Shown piece after piece: positions 37,786-47,703 of a stretch of DNA of 64,000 nt. The stretch's first letter is position 1. Each line of letters opens with the position of its first letter. The position numbers and the translations under genes were made by a program. This stretch comes from Synergistales bacterium. GTDB lineage: Bacteria; Synergistota; Synergistia; Synergistales; JAFGMB01. Below the pieces are notes generated by a model. That model searched no databases. It was not told where the DNA came from and worked only from the letters and a program-made list of their open reading frames with translations. The stretch covers positions 2,464,001-2,528,000 of the forward strand of contig OY762654.1 in NCBI GenBank assembly GCA_963666205.1. The letters run 5' to 3'.

Positions 37786-38290
37786 CTTGAATTCCTCCCA
37801 AATTAGTTGTGCTGTTTTGCGTACCGGTTTTATATTAAAGCAGGTCAAGGGCAGATTTCTGTGAATAAAGTTATTATACTCCGGATCTGCAGGTAAACTC
37901 CAGAATGTACCTTTTACCCCGGATCGGAACGCCAGAGCAATGTCCTTCACATCTTCATTTGGCATCATGTGATTGTATAATACATAGAACACTTCCTGGG
38001 AATTACATTGTTGTCTTAAGCAATATTTACAGTTTCCTCGGCCTCCACATGTATGTTTCGGTGGACTTTGTAGAATCGATAATATTCAAGGGCGGATGTT
38101 ATGATTAGCAGGATTAAATAGAATCAGCCAGGTTAATTTCGTTTTTTCCCTGTTAAAGCCAGGTATCGGAAAGCAGTTCTTATCCAGATATTCTTTAGGT
38201 TTAAGTGTTTCTTTCGCTGGAGAATAGAATAATGTGTCTGGGTACAATTTATTTTAAAACGGATCTGAATATCCGAAGGGAGGAATTTGA

Positions 38291-39475
38291 GTGATCGATG
38301 TGAGAGAAAGAGCGAAAGCCCTTAACTCCGAACTTGTCAGTTGGAGACGGTATATCCACAAAAACCCCGAAATCCAGTTTGATACTCCTCAAACGGAGGC
38401 TTTCATTACAGAACGTCTTCTTGAAATGGGGATCGACGAGATCTGTAACGGGGTGGCGGGTCATGGCCTGACAGCAATTATCAGAGGTGGACAACCAGGA
38501 AAAGTCCTGGGAATAAGAGCTGATATAGACGCTCTAGACATGAAGGAAGACACCGGTCTTCCCTTTGCCTCCACAAATGGTTACATGCATGCATGCGGTC
38601 ATGATGCACATGCTGCCATGCTTTTAGGTGCAGCCAGGATCCTTTCAGAGTCCAAAAAAGATCTTCGGGGAACTGTCAAACTTATTTTCCAGCCCTTCGA
38701 AGAAGGCGGTAAAGGCGCTCTTGCAATGATCGATGAAGGAGTTCTTGAAAATCCTTCTGTCGATGCTATCATAGGGCTTCACACGGGAACTCTCTGGAAG
38801 GGCCTGGAATCCGGTCAGATCGGTTACCGTTTTGGAAGCTTAATGGCTGGTGCCGACTGGTTCGAGGTCACATTCAAGGGTAAGGGTGCTCATGGGGCAA
38901 CTCCTCATCTCTCAGTGGATCCCATCGCCATGGCCTGTCAGGCAGTTTCGGCCATTCAGATGATCGTCAGCCGCGAAATAAATCCACTTGATTCCGCCGT
39001 TGTGACAGTGGCCCAGATTTCAGGAGGAACAGCCCGGAATATTATATCTCCAACGTGTACTATAGGCGGTACACTGCGTTTTATGGATTTTGAGACACGT
39101 ACAATGTTACAAGAGCGGATAAAGACGATTTGTGAGGACGTGGCTCACTCTATGAGAGGTCATGCTGACGTAGAATTTTCTTATGGCCCGCCTCCTGTGA
39201 TCAATGATCGGGAGATGACCGAAAAGTTAAGACATGTTGCAGTCCATCTTCTGGGCGACGATGCGGTCAGAGAGATCTCCGAGCCTACAATGGGTGGAGA
39301 GGACATGGCCTTTTTCATGGAAAAGGTACCCGGTACTTTCTTCTTTCATCCATCCGGTTTTGGAGAGGGTAAAGATTTTCCCCATCACCACCCCAAGTTC
39401 GATATAAATGAAGAAGTTCTATGGATCGGGTCTGCAGTAATGGCGGATTTTGCCCTTACCTGGCAGGATAAATGA
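38291..39475 (+). CDS. M20D family amidohydrolase
   Basis: RRYIH.NPE, RADIDAL, MHACGHDAH, IFQP.EE, GKGAHGA.PH..VDPI, GGEDM, HHP.FD motifs. Confidence 0.94.
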   Translation: MIDVRERAKALNSELVSWRRYIHKNPEIQFDTPQTEAFITERLLEMGIDEICNGVAGHGLTAIIRGGQPGKVLGIRADIDALDMKEDTGLPFASTNGYMHACGHDAHAAMLLGAARILSESKKDLRGTVKLIFQPFEEGGKGALAMIDEGVLENPSVDAIIGLHTGTLWKGLESGQIGYRFGSLMAGADWFEVTFKGKGAHGATPHLSVDPIAMACQAVSAIQMIVSREINPLDSAVVTVAQISGGTARNIISPTCTIGGTLRFMDFETRTMLQERIKTICEDVAHSMRGHADVEFSYGPPPVINDREMTEKLRHVAVHLLGDDAVREISEPTMGGEDMAFFMEKVPGTFFFHPSGFGEGKDFPHHHPKFDINEEVLWIGSAVMADFALTWQDK

Positions 39476-39545
39476 TAAAGAGCCTCTATTATCCCTCAAG
39501 AAGAAAACAGCTGAACACCAACAATTTCCAGGAAGGAGTTTTGTT

Positions 39546-40472
39546 ATGGCGTTGCATATTGAAACACCCCTGATCCAATCCATACCTATAGGCAAGGTTT
39601 CTGGTAGAAAAGTATTTCTCAAGATGGATGCCCTGCAGCCGGCGGGATCATTCAAGCTCAGAGGGATCGGTCGACTCTGTGAGGAAAGGGCGCGGGAAGG
39701 GGCAAAACGCTTTATCGCTCCTTCTGGAGGAAATGCCGGTTACGCGGCCGCCTGGGCTGCCAGAGAACTTGGCCTTTCGGCACTTGTTGTTGTTCCTGAA
39801 ACAACCTCGGAAGAGGCAAAAAACGCCATCAGGGACCTGGGTGGGGAAGTTATGGTGCATGGTTCGAACTGGAATGATTCCAATGAACTGGCCCTCTCCA
39901 TGGTGGCGGAAGATGGACAATCCGCCTACATTCACCCTTATGAAGACCCAGTCATGTGGGACGGGCACGGGACTATCATCGACGAAGCCTTCCGTCAGGG
40001 GCCAAGGCCTGACGCCATTGTGCTTTCTGTAGGTGGAGGCGGCCTTCTTAGTGGAGTAGTTGCTGGAATGGACCGAAATGGATGGAAGGAAGTTCCGGTG
40101 ATAGCTTGTGAAACGGCTGGTGCCGACTGTTTTGCACAAGCTCTTGCAGCTGGTGATGTCGTTGAATTGAAAGGCATAACTTCAGTTGCAACTTCACTGG
40201 GAGCCAAGTCCGTTACGAAGCATGCCCTTGAATTGACTGAAAGCCATAACATACGTTCCTTTGTAGGTTCTGACCGGTCAGCGGTTTCAGCATGCCGTAA
40301 ATTTCTTGATGATCACCGAATACTTGTCGAACCAGCCTGCGGGGTTTCCCTTGCCGCAGTGTACGAAAACAGCCCTTTGCTGGGAGATGCTGAAAAGGTC
40401 CTGGTAATAGTATGTGGAGGTATCGGTATCAGCTCTGCAAAGCTTTCCAGCCTTGAGAAGGCCGTCGGTTAA
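39546..40472 (+). CDS. PLP-dependent L-serine/threonine dehydratase-like enzyme (fold type II, no regulatory domain)
   Basis: TPL, LK...LQP.GSFK.RG, SGGNAG, SVGGGGL, VEPACG, VCGG motifs. Start after AAGGAG. Confidence 0.88.
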   Translation: MALHIETPLIQSIPIGKVSGRKVFLKMDALQPAGSFKLRGIGRLCEERAREGAKRFIAPSGGNAGYAAAWAARELGLSALVVVPETTSEEAKNAIRDLGGEVMVHGSNWNDSNELALSMVAEDGQSAYIHPYEDPVMWDGHGTIIDEAFRQGPRPDAIVLSVGGGGLLSGVVAGMDRNGWKEVPVIACETAGADCFAQALAAGDVVELKGITSVATSLGAKSVTKHALELTESHNIRSFVGSDRSAVSACRKFLDDHRILVEPACGVSLAAVYENSPLLGDAEKVLVIVCGGIGISSAKLSSLEKAVG

Positions 40473-40553
40473 GAGGACTTCTCAAGACTTGTTCCTTGCG
40501 CATGATCCTTGGAAAAGGGTTGTTTTTGCGGACGCAGAACTTTTATATAGCTG

Positions 40554-40607
40554 AAACGATGGGCACCAATGTTTGAGAAAATTATCAAATGTGGTGTCCA
40601 TCGTTTT
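40554..40607 (+). terminator. Rho-independent terminator
   Basis: AAACGATGGGCACCA...TGGTGTCCATCGTTTT. Confidence 0.7.
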
Positions 40608-40875
40608 ATTAAATCAACTGTATTTTTTCTCTAATTTCATCTGTATCAGACCATTAAGATCAACCTCCAGATAATTCCATTCAAAGTGATCCCTGTGATG
40701 ATCCAGCATGGTTTACCTCCCTAGAGATAGTTTAAAGATTATTTAATTTAGTAGAAATATATTGGAATCGGGAGAATCTTGTATTTAAAGGGAGGGTCGT
40801 ATATGTATGCATAATACGCTTTTTATGTTCTTGACAAAGAGTGGGGGTTAAGTAGTATATTATATTTAGACAATT

Positions 40876-40891
40876 AACCAATCGATTGATG
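40876..40891. promoter_or_regulatory. Candidate TetR operator upstream of tetR
   Basis: AACCAATCGATTGATG, 14/16 match to the palindrome AATCAATCGATTGATT; downstream of TTGACA at 40831-40836. Confidence 0.7.
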
Positions 40892-40901
40892 AGGGATTTC
40901 A

Positions 40902-41516
40902 ATGAAGGAAGACTTAAGGCAAAATTTTATAGATGCAGCAGCCAGATTATTTGCTGAAGAAGGATTTGAAAAGGTGACCATAAGGAAAATCGCCTCTCTG
41001 GCTGGAGGCAATAGTGCCATGATATCCTACTATTTCGGAAATAAATCCGGTCTTTATCTCGAAGTCTTAAGATTTCTCTTTTCAGAATATGATAACAAAT
41101 TGAAAATCATTATTCAGGAAGATAAGGGATCTCTCGGTGAGTTAAAAAGTTTTCTTAAAGCTATTCATAGTCTTTACGAGGAATGCCCCTACTTTACTTC
41201 GATAATTTCTCATGAAAGCGGAAAACCGTCAGATGAATTTAAAAAAGCCCTTGTTGAACATGAAAACAGACATGGAGGAGATTACCTCTGCAATCTTTTA
41301 AGCTCAGGTATAGAATCGGGTGAAATCCGTTCAGATATTGATCCCAAATATATGGCTCGAATTGTAAGTCTTCTTGCAAACTACTTCAAAATAGCAATGG
41401 AACTCCTCGCTATAATGTGTCCACAATGTGATATCAGTACCGAAATTTATTTTGAGCATGTATCAAAAATAATATTTACTGGTCTTGCCAAAGAAAAAAT
41501 AGATAAAACCTCTTGA
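40902..41516 (+). CDS. TetR/AcrR family transcriptional regulator
   Basis: HTH region AA.LFA..GF..VTIR.IA..AG.N.A.I.YYF.NK..LY. Confidence 0.94.
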   Translation: MKEDLRQNFIDAAARLFAEEGFEKVTIRKIASLAGGNSAMISYYFGNKSGLYLEVLRFLFSEYDNKLKIIIQEDKGSLGELKSFLKAIHSLYEECPYFTSIISHESGKPSDEFKKALVEHENRHGGDYLCNLLSSGIESGEIRSDIDPKYMARIVSLLANYFKIAMELLAIMCPQCDISTEIYFEHVSKIIFTGLAKEKIDKTS

Positions 41517-41544
41517 AAAGGGTGTATATTTTTTTTCTTAATTC

Positions 41545-41560
41545 AATCAACCGATTGATT
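41545..41560. promoter_or_regulatory. Candidate TetR operator upstream of the dehydrogenase genes
   Basis: AATCAACCGATTGATT, 15/16 match to the same palindrome. Confidence 0.72.
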
Positions 41561-41623
41561 AATTTTATATAAAATTCAGTCATATGCATTTCGGCATGAT
41601 CGCTTTGGAAGGGAGGAAAGAAG

Positions 41624-42955
41624 ATGAAGGAAAGTTTATTTGAGGTTTTAAAAGCGGAGGGATTGACCCATCTGGAGATACATTATGACTGGAAGAATGA
41701 CAAGGTCCTTCTTTATTCAGCGAAGGAATGGGACAAGGATATCAGGTGGAGTGATTATAACAGGAAATTCACCCAATGGTCATTGCTTACAGAAAATGCC
41801 CTTTACTATAACGATAAACAGACTCGGGAACTATTTGATAAAAATGGTCTTACGGGACATCTCGACAAAGTCATAGAGCTTATGAGAAAGGGCAGGCATA
41901 TCCTTCTCGATTGTTATTACTGGGAAAAGGAGGATGTGCGTTTTATCAACAATATCCATAGCGACAGAAAAGGTCTTAACAACCGCAGGTCTTCCCTGGT
42001 AATGGGAGGAATAAGGCGTCACGAACCGGATGAGGATGAGATGGATGTTCTTGTAGATGGAATGAACCTTGGAAGAGGAATGACCTTCAAGAACGTGGCA
42101 GCCCAGCTTCCCATGGGAGGGTGCAAGATAACGGTGCAGATGAAACCTATTGATCTTGAGGATCTTGACCAGGTTGGATTCCTTGCCTATGCCAATGACA
42201 GGACAAGGAACACTGCAGGTCCTGACATGAGATTCCCCACTGAATTAGCAGATGCAGTAAACCGTCATTTCTCGCTCAACTTTGGAGGTGCTCCTCACGG
42301 TCCGTTGGGTGAAAGCGGAAAACCGACAGCCCATGGTACCTACATGGCAGTGAAGCAGGGAGCGAAATTCCTGTGGGGTTCTGAGTCTCTCAAGGGCAAG
42401 AAGATTGCAGTTCAGGGACTTGGAGCGGTGGGTTTCTATCTTGCGGAGGATTATCTCAAGGAGGGAGCGGAGCTCATCGTTTGCGACATGGACGAAAAGG
42501 CCATCAAGGCTCTGAAGGAAGCCCATCCTGAATCTTCAATCGAATCAGTAGACCCGAATGAAATTTATTTTGTGGATGCTGATATTTTCTCACCCTGTGC
42601 CATAGGCGGGATCCTAACGAAGGAACGGATAAAACAGATGAAGTTCAAGCTGATCATGGGTCCGGCAAACAACCAGTTGAAGGCTTCCAGCCAGGAAGAG
42701 GAATACGAGCTTGCCAGAGAGCTGGACAAGGCTGGGATTCTGTTCCAGGTTGCCTGGTGGCACAACGTAGGAGGCGTTATGTCGGGATACGAGGAGTACA
42801 CCAGGAGAGAAAAAGCATCCATGGATGAACTCCTCTCGAGAATCAAAATGATTTGTACAGAAGGAACGAAAAGAAATTTACACGGAGCAAAAGAACGTGG
42901 AATTACTCCTACAGAAATGGCATATAAAACGGTTGAGGACGAAATCTACTGTTAA
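41624..42955 (+). CDS. Glu/Leu/Phe/Val amino-acid dehydrogenase, copy 1
   Basis: GGIR, L.RGMT.K, GG.K, GPD, PTA.G, VQGLGAVG, FSPCA.GG, GPANNQL motifs. Confidence 0.92.
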   Translation: MKESLFEVLKAEGLTHLEIHYDWKNDKVLLYSAKEWDKDIRWSDYNRKFTQWSLLTENALYYNDKQTRELFDKNGLTGHLDKVIELMRKGRHILLDCYYWEKEDVRFINNIHSDRKGLNNRRSSLVMGGIRRHEPDEDEMDVLVDGMNLGRGMTFKNVAAQLPMGGCKITVQMKPIDLEDLDQVGFLAYANDRTRNTAGPDMRFPTELADAVNRHFSLNFGGAPHGPLGESGKPTAHGTYMAVKQGAKFLWGSESLKGKKIAVQGLGAVGFYLAEDYLKEGAELIVCDMDEKAIKALKEAHPESSIESVDPNEIYFVDADIFSPCAIGGILTKERIKQMKFKLIMGPANNQLKASSQEEEYELARELDKAGILFQVAWWHNVGGVMSGYEEYTRREKASMDELLSRIKMICTEGTKRNLHGAKERGITPTEMAYKTVEDEIYC

Positions 42956-43019
42956 GAATCAATTTATGCGTGACAGATCAACAGCTGTATTTATTTTTCA
43001 ATAATAGGGAGGAAAGAAG

Positions 43020-44351
43020 ATGAAGGAAAGTTTATTTGAGGTTTTAAAAGCGGAGGGATTGACCCATCTGGAGATACATTATGACTGGAAGAATGACAAG
43101 GTCCTTCTTTATTCAGCGAAGGAATGGGACAAGGATATCAGGTGGAGTGATTATAACAGGAAATTCACCCAATGGTCATTGCTTACAGAAAATGCCCTTT
43201 ACTATAACGATAAACAGACTCGGGAACTATTTGATAAAAATGGTCTTACGGGACATCTCGACAAAGTCATAGAGCTTATGAGAAAGGGCAGGCATATCCT
43301 TCTCGATTGTTATTACTGGGAAAAGGAGGATGTGCGTTTTATCAACAATATCCATAGCGACAGAAAAGGTCTTAACAACCGCAGGTCTTCCCTGGTAATG
43401 GGAGGAATAAGGCGTCACGAACCGGATGAGGATGAGATGGATGTTCTTGTAGATGGAATGAACCTTGGAAGAGGAATGACCTTCAAGAACGTGGCAGCCC
43501 AGCTTCCCATGGGAGGGTGCAAGATAACGGTGCAGATGAAACCTATTGATCTTGAGGATCTTGACCAGGTTGGATTCCTTGCCTATGCCAATGACAGGAC
43601 AAGGAACACTACAGGTCCGGATATGAGATTCCCCACAGAACTCGCAGATGTTATGAAAAAACACTTTTCCCTTCATATTACTGGAGGACCTGAAGGACCT
43701 CTTGGGCCTACAGGTACACCGACAGCCCATGGTACCTACATGGCAGTGAAGCAGGGAGCGAAATTCCTGTGGGGTTCTGAGTCTCTCAAGGGCAAGAAGA
43801 TTGCAGTTCAGGGACTTGGAGCGGTGGGTTTCTATCTTGCGGAGGATTATCTCAAGGAGGGAGCGGAGCTCATCGTTTGCGACATGGACGAAAAGGCCAT
43901 CAAGGCTCTGAAGGAAGCCCATCCTGAATCTTCAATCGAATCAGTAGACCCGAATGAAATTTATTTTGTGGATGCTGATATTTTCTCACCCTGTGCCATA
44001 GGCGGGATCCTAACGAAGGAACGGATAAAACAGATGAAGTTCAAGCTGATCATGGGTCCGGCAAACAACCAGTTGAAGGCTTCCAGCCAGGAAGAGGAAT
44101 ACGAGCTTGCCAGAGAGCTGGACAAGGCTGGGATTCTGTTCCAGGTTGCCTGGTGGCACAATATCGCGGGAGTAATGGCTGGTTATGAAGAATATGTTTA
44201 TCAGGAAGAGGCAAAAAGCGAAGTTCTGATGGAAAAAGTTGGAAAGCTATGTACGGCTCAGACTTGGGAAAATCTGAATAAAGCAAAAGAAAAGGGAATA
44301 ACACCTACAGAAATGGCTTATATGAGTGTGGAGAAAGAAATATACGGATAA
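43020..44351 (+). CDS. Glu/Leu/Phe/Val amino-acid dehydrogenase, copy 2
   Basis: Same motifs as copy 1; differs in only two blocks. Confidence 0.92.
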   Translation: MKESLFEVLKAEGLTHLEIHYDWKNDKVLLYSAKEWDKDIRWSDYNRKFTQWSLLTENALYYNDKQTRELFDKNGLTGHLDKVIELMRKGRHILLDCYYWEKEDVRFINNIHSDRKGLNNRRSSLVMGGIRRHEPDEDEMDVLVDGMNLGRGMTFKNVAAQLPMGGCKITVQMKPIDLEDLDQVGFLAYANDRTRNTTGPDMRFPTELADVMKKHFSLHITGGPEGPLGPTGTPTAHGTYMAVKQGAKFLWGSESLKGKKIAVQGLGAVGFYLAEDYLKEGAELIVCDMDEKAIKALKEAHPESSIESVDPNEIYFVDADIFSPCAIGGILTKERIKQMKFKLIMGPANNQLKASSQEEEYELARELDKAGILFQVAWWHNIAGVMAGYEEYVYQEEAKSEVLMEKVGKLCTAQTWENLNKAKEKGITPTEMAYMSVEKEIYG

Positions 44352-44358
44352 TAATTCA

Positions 44359-44392
44359 ATGTGCCCTGAAATATTCAGGGCACATGTTTTTT
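44359..44392 (+). terminator. Terminator/stabilising hairpin between the dehydrogenases and the transporter
   Basis: ATGTGCCCTGAA-ata-TTCAGGGCACAT-GTTTTTT. Confidence 0.75.
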
Positions 44393-44421
44393 AACACACT
44401 ACTTAAGGAGAGGTGATCGTA

Positions 44422-45726
44422 ATGGCCGCAACCAGAGAAAAGTTTGGATCAAATATGGGATTTATTTTGTCATCAATCGGATTTGCAGTAGGAGTGGGAA
44501 ATCTGTGGAGGTTTCCCTATCTTGTGGGGCAATATGGAGGAGGCGTATTCCTTGCCTTTTACCTGTTGATGGTTTTTGTTATAGGAATTCCTCTTTTTAC
44601 TCTTGAAATAGCATTGGGGAGTGCGTCACAGAAAAATCCAGTTGGAGCATATAAAACCCTCAAACCAGGAACTCCCTGGTGCATCAATGGTTATTTCAAC
44701 GTATTAGCCATGCAGCTTTTGCTTGGTTATACGATGCCTGTTGCTGGGTGGATCGTAGCATATATTTTCAAGACAGGGACAGGAGTATTTAAAGGAATGC
44801 CTCCAGAGAAGGTTGGAGAATATTTTGGTACTTTCATGTCCAATTCTCCTGAAGTGATTGGCTGGATGTCCATTATTGTCATTGCGGTAGTATTTATTAT
44901 TAGTCAGGGACTGAACAAGGGGCTTGAAAAGGCCAACAAGATCTTTATGCCGGCCCTCTTCATAATGTTGTTCATCCTTATATTCAGAGGTATGACCCTT
45001 CCAGGGGCATCTAAAGGACTTGTGTACTATCTTAAACCGGATATGAGCAAGTTTACCCTGGAGGCAGTCTATGCAGGAATAGGCCAGGCTTTCTTCTCTA
45101 TAGGAGTGGGTATGGCTGCAGGTGTAGTCTTTGGAAGTTATCTTAAAAAGGAAGACAAGAACCTTGTCAAACAGGGAATCATCATTGGGCTTTCTGATAC
45201 TGGTGCGGCATTCCTTGCAGGACTTATGATCTTTCCCGCTGTATTCGCATTCAATCTCGAACCTGCAGGAGGTCCGGGTCTGACGTTTGTTACCATGCCT
45301 AATGTTTTCAATCAGATGCCCATGGGAACCCTCTTTGGAGTAATCTTCTATTTCCTTTTCCTTCTTGCAGCTTTGAGTTCATGGCTAGGAGGAGCAGAGG
45401 CGGTTGCCGCTTTTTACATGGAGGAACTTGGGCTTACCAGAAAGAAAGCAGTGTTGCTTGTTGGGGTGATAATGTTTGGCATAGGTATTGCCGCAGCATA
45501 TTCCATGAAATTCTTCGGAATTGCAGATCAGATCCTGACCAATCTGCTTATCCTCGGAGGATTGATAATTTCAATCTTTGTTGGTTGGGTCTGGGGTGTA
45601 GAAAAGTTTGCAGAAGAAGCCCATATAACAAGTGAAGGGACAGTTAAACTCTGGAGTATTATGCTGAAATATGTCATTCCTGTAATAATAATCCTGTTAG
45701 CCCTTAATACTCATGGAATTATCTAG
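44422..45726 (+). CDS. Sodium-dependent amino-acid transporter (NSS/SNF family)
   Basis: RE.F.S..GFIL..IG.AVG.GNLWRFPY, G.EK, GQAFFS, GP.L.F...P motifs. Confidence 0.93.
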   Translation: MAATREKFGSNMGFILSSIGFAVGVGNLWRFPYLVGQYGGGVFLAFYLLMVFVIGIPLFTLEIALGSASQKNPVGAYKTLKPGTPWCINGYFNVLAMQLLLGYTMPVAGWIVAYIFKTGTGVFKGMPPEKVGEYFGTFMSNSPEVIGWMSIIVIAVVFIISQGLNKGLEKANKIFMPALFIMLFILIFRGMTLPGASKGLVYYLKPDMSKFTLEAVYAGIGQAFFSIGVGMAAGVVFGSYLKKEDKNLVKQGIIIGLSDTGAAFLAGLMIFPAVFAFNLEPAGGPGLTFVTMPNVFNQMPMGTLFGVIFYFLFLLAALSSWLGGAEAVAAFYMEELGLTRKKAVLLVGVIMFGIGIAAAYSMKFFGIADQILTNLLILGGLIISIFVGWVWGVEKFAEEAHITSEGTVKLWSIMLKYVIPVIIILLALNTHGII

Positions 45727-45772
45727 ATATATCAAACAGGTATTGAAAGCCAGAGTTTAAGAACATAGAACC

Positions 45773-45807
45773 AGGGAGGTAGGAGATCAAATGCTTACCT
45801 CCCTTTT
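45773..45807 (+). terminator. Rho-independent terminator after the NSS transporter
   Basis: AGGGAGGTAGG-agatcaaatg-CTTACCTCCCT-TTT. Confidence 0.75.
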
Positions 45808-45840
45808 ACTGGAAGAATTTCAACGGAGGTGGAGTAACAG

Positions 45841-47700
45841 TTGAGTAACCGAGCGATATTACTTGGAAATGAGGCGATCGCCCGCGGAATAGTGGAGGCG
45901 GGCTGTCTTGTTGCGACGGCCTATCCGGGGACGCCGTCATCGGAGATACTTCCAGCGGTTGCGAAGTTTGCAGATGAACTGGGTACGAAGACAGCAGTTG
46001 AATGGGGAGCCAACGAGAAGGTAGCCTTCGAGATGGCAGCATCTGCGTCTTTCACCGGGATAAGGACCTGTGCAGTGATGAAACAGGTAGGGCTCAACGT
46101 GGCAGCAGATCCATTCATGAGTGCCGCCCACTTTGACCTTAAGGGCGGAATGCTGCTTGTGGTGGCGGATGATCCCGGCCCCCACAGTTCCCAGACCGAA
46201 CAGGATACCCGTTTCTTTGCCATGTTTGCCAAGGTGCCCTGTTTCGACCCGTCAACGGCAGCAGAGGCGAAGGAGATGGTATTTGACGGGTTTGACCTCT
46301 CGGAGAAGCACAACATAATAACCATACTTCGCCCCAGTGTACGTGTTGACCATTGCCGGCAGGACGTGGAGCTCAAGGAAGTCATATCAGTTGATAATAA
46401 AATGAACTTCGAAAAGGACCCCTCCAGATGGGTCTGCCTACCCGCAAGGGTGAGGGTGAACCATCCCAGGCTGAACGCAAAGCTTGAAGCCATAAGGGAA
46501 GACTTTGAGAGTAGCTACAGTAAGTATAACTATGAAGTTCCCTCGAAGGGAAAGGCAGAACTTGGTATCATCGCGTCCGGAGTATCCTTCTCTATAGTAA
46601 TGGACATTCTCAAATCCTGGGGCAGGGAAGACATCTCCGTCCTCAAGATAGGCACCCCCCATCCATTGCCCCTCAGGATGGTGGATGAGTTCGTAAAAAG
46701 ACATGAAAACGTGGTTGTCATTGAGGAAACATATCCCGTAGTTGAAATGCAGATCCCCGACAGGACAAAGGTCAAGGGAAGATGGAACGGATATGTCCCG
46801 AAAGCAGGGGAACTTCTTCCAGAAGTAATCGAGGAGATAATCCTTAAATGTCTGGGAGAGAAAGCAGCAGCAGGGGGAGCGGATCCGGATCTCAAGGCAG
46901 CCCTAGAGGACCTGGCCATAACGCCCCGCAAGCCCATGCTCTGCCCCGGCTGTCCCCACAGGGCCAGTTTCTTCTCCATCCGCCAGGCCCTTCCCAAGGC
47001 GGTAAATCCCTCTGACATAGGCTGTTACACCCTTGGAGTTAACCAGAAGGGAGTAGACGCCGTAATGGACATGGGAGGATCTGTGACCATGGCATCCGGA
47101 TTCTACCTTGCCCATAAAGTGGCAGGTGAAGACCGTCCCATAGTGACCACCATAGGTGATTCCACCTTCTTCCACATGGGACTGCCCGGCCTGGCAAGTG
47201 CCGTCTACAATAAACATGCCTTTGTTCTGGCTATTCTCGACAACAGCATAACCGCCATGACGGGAGGCCAGTCCCATCCCGGAATAGGAGCCAAGCTCCG
47301 CAAGGGAGAAGAGGGACGGGTAGTGGAGATAGAGGGAGCCTGCAGAGGTTGTGGAGTTAAATATATAAAGGTTATCAAAGCCTACGACATAGAAGAAGGC
47401 AAGGAGACCGTAAAGGAAGCCTGGGAATATGCGAAGGAACATGAAGAGCCTGCAGTGGTGATATTCAAACACCCCTGCATGCTTCTGAGAAGACCCCAGG
47501 AGAAAATACAGGTTTATGTGGATCCGGAGAAATGCATAGGCTGTAAATTCTGCATCAACTTCTTCAACTGTCCCGGTCTTGTCTTCGATGAAGAGAAGAA
47601 GAAGGCTTACATAGATGAACGTTTCTGTGTGCAGTGCGGAGTATGTGAGAACGTATGTCCCCACGGGGCTATCCTCAAGGTAGAAGGGGAGGAGGCATAG
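45841..47700 (+). CDS. iorA: Indolepyruvate:ferredoxin oxidoreductase alpha subunit, copy 1
   Basis: GNEAIARG, YPGTPSSE, NEKVA.E, MK.VGLNVA.D, SSQ.EQD.R, CPGCPHR, DIGCY, IGDSTF.H, and two C-terminal 4Fe-4S motifs. Confidence 0.95.
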   Translation: MSNRAILLGNEAIARGIVEAGCLVATAYPGTPSSEILPAVAKFADELGTKTAVEWGANEKVAFEMAASASFTGIRTCAVMKQVGLNVAADPFMSAAHFDLKGGMLLVVADDPGPHSSQTEQDTRFFAMFAKVPCFDPSTAAEAKEMVFDGFDLSEKHNIITILRPSVRVDHCRQDVELKEVISVDNKMNFEKDPSRWVCLPARVRVNHPRLNAKLEAIREDFESSYSKYNYEVPSKGKAELGIIASGVSFSIVMDILKSWGREDISVLKIGTPHPLPLRMVDEFVKRHENVVVIEETYPVVEMQIPDRTKVKGRWNGYVPKAGELLPEVIEEIILKCLGEKAAAGGADPDLKAALEDLAITPRKPMLCPGCPHRASFFSIRQALPKAVNPSDIGCYTLGVNQKGVDAVMDMGGSVTMASGFYLAHKVAGEDRPIVTTIGDSTFFHMGLPGLASAVYNKHAFVLAILDNSITAMTGGQSHPGIGAKLRKGEEGRVVEIEGACRGCGVKYIKVIKAYDIEEGKETVKEAWEYAKEHEEPAVVIFKHPCMLLRRPQEKIQVYVDPEKCIGCKFCINFFNCPGLVFDEEKKKAYIDERFCVQCGVCENVCPHGAILKVEGEEA

Positions 47701-47703
47701 AAC

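Noticed and set aside
37786-38240. Possible degraded gene on the minus strand upstream of the 37252-37785 ORF
   Set aside because: Open stretches and a TM-like fragment exist, but there is no recognisable family or start signal.
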